The position numbers and the translations under genes are program-made. Shown here piece by piece: positions 38,776 through 48,172 of a DNA stretch of 64,000 nucleotides (position 1 is the first letter of the stretch; each line of letters begins with the position of its first letter). This DNA is from Candidatus Woesearchaeota archaeon (GTDB lineage Archaea; Nanobdellota; Nanobdellia; SCGC-AAA011-G17; UBA489), in assembly GCA_964367375.1 (NCBI GenBank), contig CAYIXG010000004.1:59556-123555 (forward strand). The letters are read 5' to 3'. Below the pieces are notes generated by a model. That model was not told the origin of the DNA, searched no databases, and saw only the letters and a list, made by a program, of their open reading frames with translations.

Positions 38776-39618
38776 ATGAGCATCTCCAGGAGGAAAGCAT
38801 TGATCAGCATTATTGGAAGCACTGTTCTTATTGGTGGTGGAGTTTATTTTTTTCACTCTTCCCAAGATACTCCTCCCTCTTCATACCCCAAAATTGCTTT
38901 TGTGACCCCACGCCCTGACGATCCTTACCTTATTGCAAAAACAGGAACTCACGCTCAGAAACAAGCTGTCCTTGAAGAAGCTTTTGCGAAAGCAAGCCCT
39001 TCTTATCTTTCTCACATTCTATATGATCCAGAGCTTTCTCATGCCAAGCGTCATCTTGAATCGCTTCTTGCAACTGCAGGCTTCTCCAATAATGGTGTGC
39101 TTTCTCCTGACAGTGAAGCGAAACTCCACGCTGCTACCTCCCATTTGATGATGGTGATATCAGAGATGCACCTTGTCGGAAACAACCAAAAACGCCCTAT
39201 CTTTGTCAAAAAAGAGTTCTGGACAGATCCTTCTTATCAGTGCATCGAGGATGTGATATCAGCAATTCACCACGAAGATGTTCATGGTAAACAAGAAAAT
39301 ATAGGATATGAATTTGGAACAACCCTTGCAACTGGTAACACCCTCATTCCTCTTATCGAACACGGACTTGCTCGGTCAGATGTGCTTGCTCATATTGGCG
39401 AGATTCCTGCATATGCGCGACAACTCGAACTTGCAATCAATGGTAAGCAAAGAGTATCGGAAGCCCACTTTATTGGAACCAAAAAAAACCTTCTCAAACT
39501 TGTTGAGATCTTTTCACGCGCACTGCTCAAAGAACAACTTACTCCTCCAGAAGCACAGTACGCTGATGCGACTCTTGTTGCTCATGCAAAGCTTATCAAA
39601 ACTCTTCGCACCTTTTAA
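38776..39618 (+). CDS. membrane-anchored extracytoplasmic protein with an HExxH motif (possible zincin)
   Basis: N-terminal TM LISIIGSTVLIGGGVYFF. AIHHEDVHGKQE contains HEDVH. Confidence 0.4.
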   Translation: MSISRRKALISIIGSTVLIGGGVYFFHSSQDTPPSSYPKIAFVTPRPDDPYLIAKTGTHAQKQAVLEEAFAKASPSYLSHILYDPELSHAKRHLESLLATAGFSNNGVLSPDSEAKLHAATSHLMMVISEMHLVGNNQKRPIFVKKEFWTDPSYQCIEDVISAIHHEDVHGKQENIGYEFGTTLATGNTLIPLIEHGLARSDVLAHIGEIPAYARQLELAINGKQRVSEAHFIGTKKNLLKLVEIFSRALLKEQLTPPEAQYADATLVAHAKLIKTLRTF

Positions 39619-39620
39619 GC

Positions 39621-41096
39621 TTACTTTCTTTTATCCACATCAATCTGCGCCTTCTGCAGCTTTCCCGAATAATCAATGTACACTGTTTTCACCTCAGAAA
39701 ACTCCTCAACGCCTAGAATGCCTGCTTCTCTTGTCCCGTTTCCTGTCTTCTTTATCCCTCCAAACGGCAGATGCACCTCTGCGCCTATCGTTGACGCATT
39801 CACATACGTAATTCCTGCCTCAATATGCTCAATAGCAGTAAACGCTTTTTGGATATCATTGGTGTAGATTGCAGAACTTAACCCATATTCAATTCCGTTA
39901 CACACTCGAATCGCTTCCCTCACATCATTCACCTTCATCAGAGACACACTCGGACCAAAAATTTCTTCCTGTGCAATCCTCATATGAGGTTTGACATTCG
40001 TGAAAACAGTAGGCTTGTAAAAGAAACCCCCCTTCTCCGGAAGAGCATATCCCCCAGTCACCAATTTTGCATGCTCCTTCTTCCCGATTTCAGTATACCG
40101 ATGCGTCTTCTTGACAGCATTCTCATTAATTAATGGACCTATATCTGTCGACTCCTTTAACGGATCACCCAGACGCAACCGCTCTGCCCTTTTCACTAGC
40201 ATTTCTTCAAATTCATCCTTCACCTCCTTGCTTACAATCACTCTTGATGCAGCTGTGCAGCGCTGCCCTGCAGTTCCAAAGGCACCAAACAAGACCCCTT
40301 CTAATGCAAGATCAAGATCAGCATCATCCATGATGATAATTGCGTTTTTCCCTCCCAGCTCCAAGCCAACTCTCTTCAACCCTGCGTTTGCCGCAACAAA
40401 TTCTCCTACGACTCTCGATCCTGTAAATGAGATACCTGCAAGCTTTTCATGCCGAATAATATGCGCACCCACCTCATCTCCTGACCCTGTCACCATATTG
40501 ATCACTCCTGGAGGGATTCCTGCCTCCTCACACGTCTTCACCAGCTCATACGCGCATAACGGCGTGTCTGATGCCGGCTTCAAGACAACTGCATTCCCAC
40601 AAACCAAGGCAGGAGCGAGCTTCCACGCAGGAATAGCCATCGGAAAATTCCAAGGCGTAATAAGACCAACAACACCTAACGGCCTTCGCATAGTACAACA
40701 AAACTTGCTCCTCAGCTCAGAAGGAGTTGTATGACCAAACAACCTTCTCCCCTCACCAGCCATATACTCAAAAATGTCAATCGCTTCTTGCACATCTCCC
40801 AGACCTTCAGACAAGATTTTTCCCATCTCCGTTGAGACAAGCCTTCCCAACTGCTGCTTCCTCCTCCTGAGGAGTCTTGCAACTTCTAATAAGACCTCAC
40901 CCCTCTGCGGTGCAGGAAGAGCAGCCCACTTCTTCTGCGCCTGATGCGCCACTGCAACTGCAGTATTCACATCTGTCTCAGAACCTGAACAAAAACTGGC
41001 TACTGCGCGCTTGTTCGTTGGGTTGAGAGACACAAACGTTTTCCTTCCCTTCGGATAGACTTCTCTTCCCGCAATCCACAAACCGTATTTTTTCAC
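39621..41096 (-). CDS. NAD(P)+-dependent aldehyde dehydrogenase
   Basis: ELGGKNA (catalytic Glu region), FGTAGQRCTAASR (catalytic Cys), FTGS.VVGE. Confidence 0.85.
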   Translation of the reverse strand: MKKYGLWIAGREVYPKGRKTFVSLNPTNKRAVASFCSGSETDVNTAVAVAHQAQKKWAALPAPQRGEVLLEVARLLRRRKQQLGRLVSTEMGKILSEGLGDVQEAIDIFEYMAGEGRRLFGHTTPSELRSKFCCTMRRPLGVVGLITPWNFPMAIPAWKLAPALVCGNAVVLKPASDTPLCAYELVKTCEEAGIPPGVINMVTGSGDEVGAHIIRHEKLAGISFTGSRVVGEFVAANAGLKRVGLELGGKNAIIIMDDADLDLALEGVLFGAFGTAGQRCTAASRVIVSKEVKDEFEEMLVKRAERLRLGDPLKESTDIGPLINENAVKKTHRYTEIGKKEHAKLVTGGYALPEKGGFFYKPTVFTNVKPHMRIAQEEIFGPSVSLMKVNDVREAIRVCNGIEYGLSSAIYTNDIQKAFTAIEHIEAGITYVNASTIGAEVHLPFGGIKKTGNGTREAGILGVEEFSEVKTVYIDYSGKLQKAQIDVDKRK

Positions 41097-41236
41097 CGCT
41101 TCACCTCACATTCTTTCTGCATCTTCCTCGCTTAAATACATTTTTGTTTTGTCATTCTTCAAGCATATCGAAAAGTTTAAATATGAGATTCATCAAAAAA
41201 AATTATCCTATTTACTCTGAAAGGTAGACGGGGGAA

Positions 41237-41698
41237 ATGAACACACGCTTTGAACTGGGATTCGGTCCGCATCTCACTTTGGACCTGTCTGATTGTAATG
41301 TTGATAGGTTGAGTGATCCTGCGCACATTCTTCGCCTCTTAAATGATCTTCCTGAACAACTTGGCATGCGCAAAATCGCAGAGCCATACATCATTGATTA
41401 TCCTCCGCAAGAGCACACCTTTGACAAAGGAGGAGTCACCGCATTTGTACTCATTGCAGAATCACATATTTCCATTCACACCTTCAAAGAGCAACGCTAC
41501 GCATTCGTTGACATTTTTTCTTGCAAGCCCTTTGACGTTGACAAGGCAGTTGCGTACTTTGTTGATCATCTTGGCGCACGTAAACACTCAGTCAGACTGT
41601 TTGACCGAGGATTAGAATTTCCCAAAGAGATACCTGCTGTCAGCAAGTTCTTGAAACATGAACGCACAGACATCACACCCAACCCACCAAAATATTAA
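41237..41698 (+). CDS. speH: pyruvoyl-dependent S-adenosylmethionine decarboxylase family (SpeH; could equally be the archaeal arginine-decarboxylase paralog)
   Basis: ...VLIAESHISIHTFKEQRYAFVDIFSCKPFD contains the ESH processing-site motif. Confidence 0.8.
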   Translation: MNTRFELGFGPHLTLDLSDCNVDRLSDPAHILRLLNDLPEQLGMRKIAEPYIIDYPPQEHTFDKGGVTAFVLIAESHISIHTFKEQRYAFVDIFSCKPFDVDKAVAYFVDHLGARKHSVRLFDRGLEFPKEIPAVSKFLKHERTDITPNPPKY

Positions 41699-41724
41699 TA
41701 AACTCTCTTCCTCTTTTATTTGTC

Positions 41725-43245
41725 ATGATTTTAAAAAAGAAGGTGGAATTTGTTCTCTTACTCGCAATTCTTCTTGCTGCTGCCGTGTTCATTCCTTTAC
41801 TTTCCAACATACAAACAGGTTATGCTTCTCGAACGAGGTCAGCAACACCAGAAACCAGTGCTTCTTCAATATCTTCAGCAGAAAGCATATTCCTTGTTGA
41901 TGCTGATGAATCAGATGCTCGACAATTCTTAGAAACATCCCTCACCTCCGCAACCGATGACCATCTTCACCAAGCGATTCTCGCCCTTCAAAAAAATGAT
42001 GTTCTTCTTGGAGACACTGGAGAACCGGTGTTCACCTATGATGAGGACAAAGCGAAAGAACACCTTGAAGAATATATTACTCATTTAGATTCTTTACACG
42101 ATGATGAGCTTTTCATCGCTGTCAAACAATTTTATTCTGTCAAGCATTTATTCCCCAGTACCTTTCACGCTGATTACTTTCCCGAGGAGATTGTTGTAAA
42201 GAATTCCATCATTAGAATACAACACGGTGACACCATACTTGATGGAAAAGCAGTTGCAACTTCGGAATTCTTCCTCGTCAAAGATTCTGTCACCTTTCCG
42301 ATTTACTTCAAACGACCACTTCCCATGCCCAGTATTGATGCGATCTATCAAGGAAAGGGCTATACTTTGCGAGGCAAGGCTTATCTTGACACACCCCTTC
42401 CTTCTGCATCACCAGACAAACGAGAACGTGAGAGAGGGAGTGCAATCACTGGTATGCAAGCATATACACCAACCGGATTCAACCAAGTAAACCGAAGCAT
42501 TGCTATCATCCTTCCGAACACCACCAACTACACTCTCCCTCCAAACACTCTTTCTTATCTCACTACAAAACTCACCAACACTGTTGTCCCTTATTTCCAA
42601 GCAAACTCTGAAGGAACTGCAACCTACACCTTTACTTTATTTCCTGTTGATGTACCCAATTATGACCCTCAAAACAAAGGCTTTGACATAGAACGAATCG
42701 TCCTCGCGGCAGATCCGTACATTAATTATAACCAGTTTGACATGGTGGACATTCATGTCTCTACTTCCTCATTCCAAAATCCCAATTGCTGTTTTGGATA
42801 TGCAAATATCTGGCTTAACGGTCCAAACACTATTGCCACATTTGCGACAAATGAACCTTTGAAAGCAGTTGTTCCAATAACCTTCTTTAACCCAAACGAT
42901 CCTGACCATATTCAATTCACTGAGTTCGTCACTGAACATGAAATAGGGCATGAGCTTCACACCTTTAGTCAAAATTTCAACTCAAACTACTTTCAAGGCT
43001 ATGTTCCGCATGCACGCGGCTTTGACCAATGGACTTATCCGTGCACTACGAATGGACCCATATTCATCTGCAATAATATTTATGAGTATGGCGATCAATT
43101 AGATGTAATGGGAACAGGTAGAGGATTGTTTGCACACCACCGCGCAACCCACCAAATGGGACTTCGCAGTCCATCAAGCGTTCAATCACTCACAAGCTCA
43201 GGAACTTATACCCTTTGCAGCACCAACCACACAAGGATATGTTGA
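41725..43245 (+). CDS. secreted zincin-like metalloprotease, N-terminal 5' reading-frame segment
   Basis: N-terminal TM/signal. VTEHEIGHELHTF contains HExxH. The frame ends 38 codons after the point where a second frame opens at 43109. Confidence 0.5.
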   Translation: MILKKKVEFVLLLAILLAAAVFIPLLSNIQTGYASRTRSATPETSASSISSAESIFLVDADESDARQFLETSLTSATDDHLHQAILALQKNDVLLGDTGEPVFTYDEDKAKEHLEEYITHLDSLHDDELFIAVKQFYSVKHLFPSTFHADYFPEEIVVKNSIIRIQHGDTILDGKAVATSEFFLVKDSVTFPIYFKRPLPMPSIDAIYQGKGYTLRGKAYLDTPLPSASPDKRERERGSAITGMQAYTPTGFNQVNRSIAIILPNTTNYTLPPNTLSYLTTKLTNTVVPYFQANSEGTATYTFTLFPVDVPNYDPQNKGFDIERIVLAADPYINYNQFDMVDIHVSTSSFQNPNCCFGYANIWLNGPNTIATFATNEPLKAVVPITFFNPNDPDHIQFTEFVTEHEIGHELHTFSQNFNSNYFQGYVPHARGFDQWTYPCTTNGPIFICNNIYEYGDQLDVMGTGRGLFAHHRATHQMGLRSPSSVQSLTSSGTYTLCSTNHTRIC

Positions 43246-43702
43246 TGTACCCATTCCTCAAACTCTTGCAACTGTTCCTGCAAGAACCTATCCCTACACA
43301 GTCACTGTTGCCAGACTGACAAACCCCCAGTACAGCACCAGTGTTACTGATCTATTAACTTTACAATCATCTGCACCCCAAATTTACCTCTACAACACCT
43401 TTTACTGCCTTGACCTTGATCCTATGCCCTTCACCCAACAAACCCTTGGAGCAAACTATGTATCAACGTATCCTAACATTGGCGCTGTTGTCGCACCCAA
43501 CCCCTTTATTCCAGGATTGCCTCCTATCTTCTACGTTCCTGACCTCTGCTATGACAATTTAGGATTTGACTTTGTCAGCGACTTTGTTTGCTCAAACAAC
43601 ATTCCTGGACTTCCGCCAAACTACGGCGCATTAATAGCTCAAGACTGTCGAATTGCCACTAATAATCCACAATCACGATGTAACCTTGGCTCTTGCTATT
43701 AG
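43109..43702 (+). CDS. probable continuation of the zincin gene in the +1 frame (frameshift, pseudogene or sequencing error)
   Basis: This frame opens at 43109 with no ATG/RBS and has the same P/T/Y-rich composition as the upstream ORF. The track lists it from TTG 43130. Confidence 0.35.
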   Translation, partial: WEQVEDCLHTTAQPTKWDFAVHQAFNHSQAQELIPFAAPTTQGYVDVPIPQTLATVPARTYPYTVTVARLTNPQYSTSVTDLLTLQSSAPQIYLYNTFYCLDLDPMPFTQQTLGANYVSTYPNIGAVVAPNPFIPGLPPIFYVPDLCYDNLGFDFVSDFVCSNNIPGLPPNYGALIAQDCRIATNNPQSRCNLGSCY

Positions 43703-43711
43703 TTGTTTTCC

Positions 43712-44638
43712 TTAATTCAGTAGCTTTAGAATAAGAGCTTTCTGCATGTGCAACCTATTTTCTGCCTGATCGAACACAACAGATTGCTTTCCGTCAATTA
43801 CATCTTTCGTTACTTCCATTCCACGCACAGCAGGCAAACAGTGCATGAATACTGCAGACTTCTTTGCATGCTTCATCAACTCTTTGTTTACTTGATACCT
43901 CTTTAATGCTTTCATTCGAGACGATTTCTCTGCAGGATTAATGTTATAGGACATCCATGAATCTGTGTACACTACATCAGCATCCTTCACTGCTTTTTCT
44001 GGATCATGAATAACAACCACTTTTGATTTGTTCTTCTTCGCATATTTTCTCGCTTGCGCAAGCACTTGTGTCATTGGAGAAAACTTTTTTTCTTTCGGAC
44101 ATCCAATGACAATATTAATACCACTCATCGCACACCCCAGCATTAAGGAATGCGTCACATTATTTCTGCTATCACCTAGATACGCAACCTTCAAGCCCTT
44201 CTTTTTTCCACATACTTCTTGCATTGTCATAAGATCACTTAACGCTTGACACGGATGCTCCACATCACTCAACCCATTAATAACTGGAATAGACGCGTTT
44301 TTCGCTATGATCTCTATCGCCTTATGATCATACATCCTGATCATCATGATATCACAATACCTTGACACCACCCGAGCAACATCCTCAATACTTTCCTTTC
44401 CTTTCGACCAGGGAGAGGTTTCTGCATGATAATCAATCACTTCCCCACCCATCTGAAACATTGCAGAATCAAACGATAACTCCGTTCTCAACGACGGAGC
44501 TGCAAAAAACGTGAATAATACTTTTTCAAACACTTTTTTCTGATATTTTTTCGGATTCTTCTTTATTTCTCTCGCTTTTTTGATCAATTCTTTGATTTCT
44601 TTTTCCTTTACATCATTCATTGAAAGAAGGTGCTTCAT
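43712..44638 (-). CDS. divergent ornithine/putrescine-carbamoyltransferase-fold protein
   Basis: HPCQALSDL and HCLPAVRGMEV are OTC-like, but the carbamoyl-phosphate motif STRTR is replaced by SLRTE. Confidence 0.7.
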   Translation of the reverse strand: MKHLLSMNDVKEKEIKELIKKAREIKKNPKKYQKKVFEKVLFTFFAAPSLRTELSFDSAMFQMGGEVIDYHAETSPWSKGKESIEDVARVVSRYCDIMMIRMYDHKAIEIIAKNASIPVINGLSDVEHPCQALSDLMTMQEVCGKKKGLKVAYLGDSRNNVTHSLMLGCAMSGINIVIGCPKEKKFSPMTQVLAQARKYAKKNKSKVVVIHDPEKAVKDADVVYTDSWMSYNINPAEKSSRMKALKRYQVNKELMKHAKKSAVFMHCLPAVRGMEVTKDVIDGKQSVVFDQAENRLHMQKALILKLLN

Positions 44639-45948
44639 TTTTTTAATGCACTTAATATCATTTTCTTTAATTTCTGTTTTCCAAGCTCTTTGAATGAATA
44701 ACTCACGTTCACCACTCTTTTTTTTGTTTTTATCACATTTGACAAATTGACTGGAGACCCGTCAACAACTGCATCTGCGTCAGATCTGTTAATTGTTTGC
44801 TCTAACTCCTTCATCTGCCTTCTTGAATATCCCATTGCAGGCAAGATTTTCTTCACGTGCAGATATTTTTTGTATATCTCCTTTATTGAACCTACTGCAA
44901 ACTTTTCTGCATCAATGATTTTTCCCCCATATTTTTTTGCAACCAACGTTCCTGCACCAAATGACATGCCGCCATGCGTCACTGTCGGACCATCCTCAAT
45001 TACTATCACTTTCTTTCCTTTGATCCATTCAGGATTTTTCACTTCTTGCGGAGACGCTGCCCTAATGATTGTTGCTTTTGGATTCCAGACCTTACAATGC
45101 ATTTCTACATCCTTTATTGCACTTGCAGATGCAGTGTCCACTTTATTTATGATAAGTACATCCGCACTCAGAAAGTTCACCATTCCCGGATAATATGTTA
45201 TTTCATGACCACTCCGATGCGGATCAAGCACCACTACATTTATTGTCGGCTTGAAAAAGGAAAAATCGTTATTCCCCCCATCCCAAATAATCACCTCTGC
45301 TTCTTTTTCTGCCCTTTCCAAAATCTTCTTATAATCAACACCCGCATACACTGGAATTCCCATCTCAATCCAAGGAGTATACTCCTCTTCTTCCTCAATC
45401 GTGCACCTCTGCTTCTTCATATCACTCACCTTTGCAAACCGCTGCACCACCATTTTTTTCAAATCACCATATGGCATGGGATGTCGTACCGCAACCACAT
45501 TATACCCCTCATCCTTCAGCATTTTTGCAATCGCGCGAGACGTTTGCGATTTTCCTGCTCCCGTTCGTACCGCACAGATTGCGATTACTGGTTTTTTTGA
45601 ACGAATCATGGTATCTTTTGGACCTAAGAGCCTAAACGACGCGCCTGCAGCCATTGCCATTGATGCTTTTTCCATCACTTCCTGATGCGACAAATCAGAA
45701 TATGCAAGACACACCTCATCAATTTTTTCTTTCTTGATGAGCTCTACTAGTCTTTCTTCAGAATAAATAGGAATATCTCTTTTATACAAACGACCAGCCA
45801 TTGATTTTGGGAAGGTTCTTTTTTCAATTCCAGGAATCTGCGCAGCGGTAAACGCGACCACCTCATACTGTGGATTATCTTTAAAATACTGCAGAAAGTT
45901 TTGAAAATCCCTGCCACCAGCACCCATAATCACAACTCTCTTTTTCAT
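44635..45948 (-). CDS. COG2403-like predicted P-loop GTPase (cyclic 2,3-diphosphoglycerate-synthetase-like family)
   Basis: N-terminal Rossmann-like VVIMGAGGRDFQNF. G1 AVRTGAGKSQTS, DGGN, G4 IINKVD. 4-nt overlap with the transcarbamylase gene. Confidence 0.5.
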   Translation of the reverse strand: MKKRVVIMGAGGRDFQNFLQYFKDNPQYEVVAFTAAQIPGIEKRTFPKSMAGRLYKRDIPIYSEERLVELIKKEKIDEVCLAYSDLSHQEVMEKASMAMAAGASFRLLGPKDTMIRSKKPVIAICAVRTGAGKSQTSRAIAKMLKDEGYNVVAVRHPMPYGDLKKMVVQRFAKVSDMKKQRCTIEEEEEYTPWIEMGIPVYAGVDYKKILERAEKEAEVIIWDGGNNDFSFFKPTINVVVLDPHRSGHEITYYPGMVNFLSADVLIINKVDTASASAIKDVEMHCKVWNPKATIIRAASPQEVKNPEWIKGKKVIVIEDGPTVTHGGMSFGAGTLVAKKYGGKIIDAEKFAVGSIKEIYKKYLHVKKILPAMGYSRRQMKELEQTINRSDADAVVDGSPVNLSNVIKTKKRVVNVSYSFKELGKQKLKKMILSALKK

Positions 45949-46022
45949 TGTATACCCCTCTCTTCTTCACCCAACACTGCTATATAACCCTACCTCTTCC
46001 TACCTTACTATTCTAGAATACT

Positions 46023-46205
46023 TTACTCCTTTTTTAACCACTGAGAATCTGCAGTTCTTCCATCAAGCTCGGCAATCACCTTTTTCTTTTTTGACAGCTC
46101 TTGCAGTTCTTGCAACGTAACATCAGCAAATTTTCCTTTCTCACGCTTAATATTCTTATCAAGCATCAAATCAATTAAATGTTTTGAACCCTCTTTCTTT
46201 TCCAT
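46023..46205 (-). CDS. small hydrophilic protein (60 aa)
   Basis: ORF sits between the GTPase-like gene and carbamate kinase on the same strand. Confidence 0.3.
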   Translation of the reverse strand: MEKKEGSKHLIDLMLDKNIKREKGKFADVTLQELQELSKKKKVIAELDGRTADSQWLKKE

Positions 46206-46247
46206 ACCCTTTCTTCACCCTTTCTTCTATATAAACCTTATTCTCTC

Positions 46248-47192
46248 TCAAACAAGCATAGTCCCTGCCTTTCCCTTCACTGCCATTGGCACCTTCACAG
46301 GAGAGGTAATTACTACTTTCTTCCCTCCCTTTTCCAAAAACATGATCGCTGCCTCAATCTTCGGACCCATTGAACCAGGAGGAAACTGGCCTTCCTTTTG
46401 ATACTTCTTTGCATCCTTTACCGTCATTTTGTGCAGAGGCATCTGATTCTTCTTCCCAAAATTGAGAAACACATTATCTACCTCAGTAATAATTATGAGC
46501 TGTTCTGCCTGAATATCAATGCCGAGCTGCGCGGATGCGAGATCCTTATCAATCACTGCAGCCACACCCTTTAACTTCCCTTTTTCTTTAATGACTGGAA
46601 TTCCCCCACCCCCCGCAGCAATCACAATGCTCTGCTTCTTTAACAGCGCATCAATCATCTTCACCCCATCAATCTTTACTGGCTTTGGAGACGCGACTAC
46701 TCTCCTATACCCCCGCCCTTCTTGATATACTAGGGATATTCCTCTCTTTTTGAGCATCCTTGCTTGCTTTTCTGTATACGCTGACCCAATAGGCTTTGTC
46801 GGATGTTTAAATCCTGGATCATTTTTATCCACAATCACTTGTGTTAACACACTCACCACGCTTTTCCTTACTCTATGTTTTTCGAATTCATTTTCTAATG
46901 ACTGTTCAATCAGATACCCGACTTCCCCCTGCAACTCAGCATCCAACACATCAAGAGGGAGAGGAGGAACCTGCTTTTGTGCAAGCTCATTCTGCACCAC
47001 CAAGAATCCAATCTGTGGACCAGAACCGCACACAATCACTGCCTCATTCTTCTTAACAATCGGAAGAATCGCATGGCATACCTTCTGCACATTTTTCACC
47101 AGCTTCTGAAAAGATCCCTTTCCTTTTACCGGAGAGAGCGCATTTCCCCCTAAACTGATGACCATCCTCACTTCTTTTTCACCTCCCTTCAT
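46248..47192 (-). CDS. arcC: carbamate kinase
   Basis: MVISLGGNALSP...VCGSGPQIGF... matches the amino-acid kinase fold and CK N-terminal signature. Confidence 0.8.
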   Translation of the reverse strand: MKGGEKEVRMVISLGGNALSPVKGKGSFQKLVKNVQKVCHAILPIVKKNEAVIVCGSGPQIGFLVVQNELAQKQVPPLPLDVLDAELQGEVGYLIEQSLENEFEKHRVRKSVVSVLTQVIVDKNDPGFKHPTKPIGSAYTEKQARMLKKRGISLVYQEGRGYRRVVASPKPVKIDGVKMIDALLKKQSIVIAAGGGGIPVIKEKGKLKGVAAVIDKDLASAQLGIDIQAEQLIIITEVDNVFLNFGKKNQMPLHKMTVKDAKKYQKEGQFPPGSMGPKIEAAIMFLEKGGKKVVITSPVKVPMAVKGKAGTMLV

Positions 47193-47253
47193 TCATTTGC
47201 ACAGACAAAGGATTATTTAACCTTTATGGAAAAACACAACATAAGCACTTTTT

Positions 47254-47601
47254 TTATTCGTTACCCGTCGAAGACTTCTGCACAATTGCTTGCAACTGCT
47301 GCCCAACATATGCGTCGCTGAGATTCCTTGATCTATCTTTTCCCCTTGCATCAACATGTATTGATTCAAAGGAACCATCTTTTCCCTGATCAACCCCCTC
47401 AATATTTACATACTCCCCAAACATTGTCACTTGCTTTCTGAACACCCTTACTGCTCTCATTGAGTCATTCTCTCGAACCTCATATGCTAATCCTGCATAT
47501 GGGCCTTCATTCACTGTCCCTTTTTTCACCATTTGAGGAGAAGAAGCGCATCCACTGTGCAATGCTGCAACCAACGCAACCAGAGAAAAGAGCCTTTTCA
47601 T
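47254..47601 (-). CDS. small secreted (lipo)protein
   Basis: MKRLFSLVALVAALHSGCASS is a signal peptide with Cys at +1 of the likely cleavage site. Confidence 0.4.
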   Translation of the reverse strand: MKRLFSLVALVAALHSGCASSPQMVKKGTVNEGPYAGLAYEVRENDSMRAVRVFRKQVTMFGEYVNIEGVDQGKDGSFESIHVDARGKDRSRNLSDAYVGQQLQAIVQKSSTGNE

Positions 47602-47604
47602 CTT

Positions 47605-48102
47605 TCAATAATACCCCTTGTAAGGATACTTTTGGAAATGGCGATATCCTGTGTGATCATACGGATACTGGTGATAATAATACTTAGGGTACCCATACCG
47701 TGGATGGCGATAATCATAATCCCTGTATCTATCATATCTTCTATATGGATAATATGATGAACCGCCATAATTATTCACCACCACTTTCACATTCCCATTT
47801 GTGGAAGGATATTGCGTTGCTGACGCGCCAGACTGCTTGCATTCCACCTGCGGCTCGTAATTAGAATATCCAGTTACTTGCTGATTGCAAGGAGATTGCC
47901 CTTGATACGCTTGCCGTTGCTGTTGCACACTATACTTGTTAATCACAATCTGCTGCGTCGTTGTTGGAGCATCTGACTCTTGATACCTATTCTCTTTTGC
48001 ACTCGCATAAATGGCTGCCCCACCAGTTATTAGGGTAAACGCAACTACGAACACGATCAACGTCAAAATAAAATTCTTTGTATTCATCCTATGTACCCTC
48101 AA
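47605..48102 (-). CDS. secreted protein with a Gln-rich middle and an extreme Tyr/Arg/Pro/Asp-rich C-terminus
   Basis: Signal/TM, then ...YYPYRRYDRYRDYDYRHPRYGYPKYYYHQYPYDHTGYRHFQKYPYKGYY. Confidence 0.45.
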   Translation of the reverse strand: MRVHRMNTKNFILTLIVFVVAFTLITGGAAIYASAKENRYQESDAPTTTQQIVINKYSVQQQRQAYQGQSPCNQQVTGYSNYEPQVECKQSGASATQYPSTNGNVKVVVNNYGGSSYYPYRRYDRYRDYDYRHPRYGYPKYYYHQYPYDHTGYRHFQKYPYKGYY

Positions 48103-48172
48103 TTCCTTCTTTCACTTTCTACCTTTATAAGCTTTTTTACATCATAATAGTAGACTTATCAGTATTTCTTTT

